Source: Chiloscyllium plagiosum
Lineage: Eukaryota
Assembly: GCF_004010195.1 (NCBI RefSeq)
Contig: NC_057722.1
Span: forward strand, 55,394,295 to 55,458,294
Length of the DNA: 64,000 bases
Direction of reading: 5' to 3'
Shown one piece after another: positions 62,506 through 64,000 of the stretch. Under the pieces are notes generated by a model. It saw only the letters and a list, made by a program, of their open reading frames with translations. It did no database searches and was not told where the DNA came from. Position numbers and translations under genes: made by a program. The stretch's first letter is position 1, and every line of letters begins with the position of its first letter.

Positions 62506-63241
62506 TTCAAAGTTGCAGATGAGGGTTCAATGGCTGCTGCCTAAACTGAAAAGTAATTATTATCAGGGAGGCCACATGACTCTGGCAAGGCAACATATAC
62601 AATAGATAGATGTACTTCTCCAAACATCCCTTTTCTCACCAAAGATGCCAAAAGTGCAATTGTAAGTTGTTTCATTAGCATTCAAAACAATACTTTCCAC
62701 TTGCAATTATACATTCCATGGTCCACAAAGAAAATGAAAACTCATTAACACAAATTAATTGTTCATTTTACTCTTTCTTTCTTTAAGGCTATTTATTTGC
62801 TATCTGCTAGTTACTGGGCTGGTGATACTTCACTGAGCATGTCTCACTTGTATGGTAATTGTTATGGCTGATCCATTCCATATGTTGGGAAATAGGGACC
62901 TCTGGGACGATGGTCATTCTGTAGTTTGTGCTATGTCATCAGTAGTTGTATGATTGTCCATGAAAGTTTCTTTGTGTTCTGTGGACCACTCTTACAGTTG
63001 TAGGCCGGCATAGAGTTTGCACTCCGGTGCCAAATTAGACAAGATGTTTGCTGGATGGTTTACAAATCCAACAAATTATTGTGCTGCTACTCATATCTGT
63101 TGGTCCCTGCTACAATTCTCATCCTGGATCTCAAGATCCAAAACAGGTTATTTCACTTTTAGTACATAGCCCATGTGCTTAACATCAGACATTTTCAATT
63201 ATTCAATTTTTTCTATCCAGTTTCAGGATTATTTTATTAGC

Positions 63242-63947
63242 TGGGTCCTCTACTTTTTGTCATTTACATAAATGATTTGGATGTGAGCATAAGAGGTACA
63301 GTTGACACCAAAATTGGAGGTGTAGTGGACAGCGAAGAGGGTTACCTCAGATTAGCTCAAGATCTTGTTCAGATGGGTCAATGGGCTGAGAAGTGGCAGA
63401 TGGAGTTTAATTTAGGTAAATGCGAGGTGCTGCAAGATGTTGTGAAACTTGAAAGGGTTCAGAAAAGACTTAGAAGCATGTTGCCAGGGTTGGAGGATAT
63501 GAGCTATAGAGAGAGGCTGAACAGGCTGGGATTGTTTTCCCTGGAGCGTTAGAGGCTGAGGTTATAGAGATTCATACAAACCTTATCGAGGTTTACAAAA
63601 TTATGAGGGGCATGGATTGGGTAAATAGGCAAAGTCTTTTCCCTGGAGACCAGAACTAGAGGGCATAGGTTTAGGGTGAGAGGGGAAAGATATAAAAGAG
63701 ACCTACGGGACAACTTTTTCATGCAGAGGGTGGTACACGTAAAGAATGAGCTACAAGAGGAAGTGGTGAAGGTCAGTACAATTGCAACATTTAAGAGGCA
63801 TTTGGATGGGTACATGAATAGGAAGGGTTTGGAGGGACATGGGCCAGGTGCTGGCAGGTGGGACTAAATTGGGTTGGGATATCTGGTCGGCATGGATGGG
63901 TTGGACCGAAGGGTCTGTTTCCATGCTGTACATCTCTAAGACTCTAA
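63242..63947 (+). mobile_element. Internally deleted CR1 3' fragment
   Basis: Same subfamily as 19668-20928. Confidence 0.9.
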
Positions 63948-64000
63948 GTTAACTCTAGCAGTTGCACCAGATTCCAATGGTGGGCTGCAAAACATTCACT

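Noticed and set aside
1-64000. CRISPR arrays or prokaryotic operon-like systems
   Set aside because: Vertebrate intron/exon DNA; no regularly spaced repeats or bacterial genes were seen.

Overview
Repeat-rich eukaryotic DNA, most likely from a shark (inferred from HE1/V-SINE-type SINEs, abundant CR1 LINEs and Penelope-like elements). It holds two tandem, minus-strand kininogen-like genes, which I assembled by hand from GT-AG exons. Paralog B appears complete: 7 coding exons between 60903 and 34228, giving 309 aa. It has a signal peptide, two cystatin domains (QVVAG only in the second), a degenerate kinin-like segment QYVGWGPFG with no flanking Arg/Lys, and a PKCPGKTWK tail. There is no His/Gly/Lys-rich domain 5, and a candidate alternative last exon lies at 33011-32919. 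Paralog A has exons 1-5 between 12287 and 2356; its remaining exons were not found and probably lie left of the window. The compared coding exons of the two paralogs are more diverged than a shared intron segment. The rest is transposon-derived: CR1, L2-like and Rex1-like LINEs, V-SINEs, a Tigger-like element, a solo LTR, and a Penelope-like element. There are also more than a dozen short Penelope-derived inserts, often palindromic and flanked by target-site duplications (TSDs), carrying minimal hammerhead-ribozyme motifs. All coordinates and counts were read by eye; repeat boundaries are approximate.
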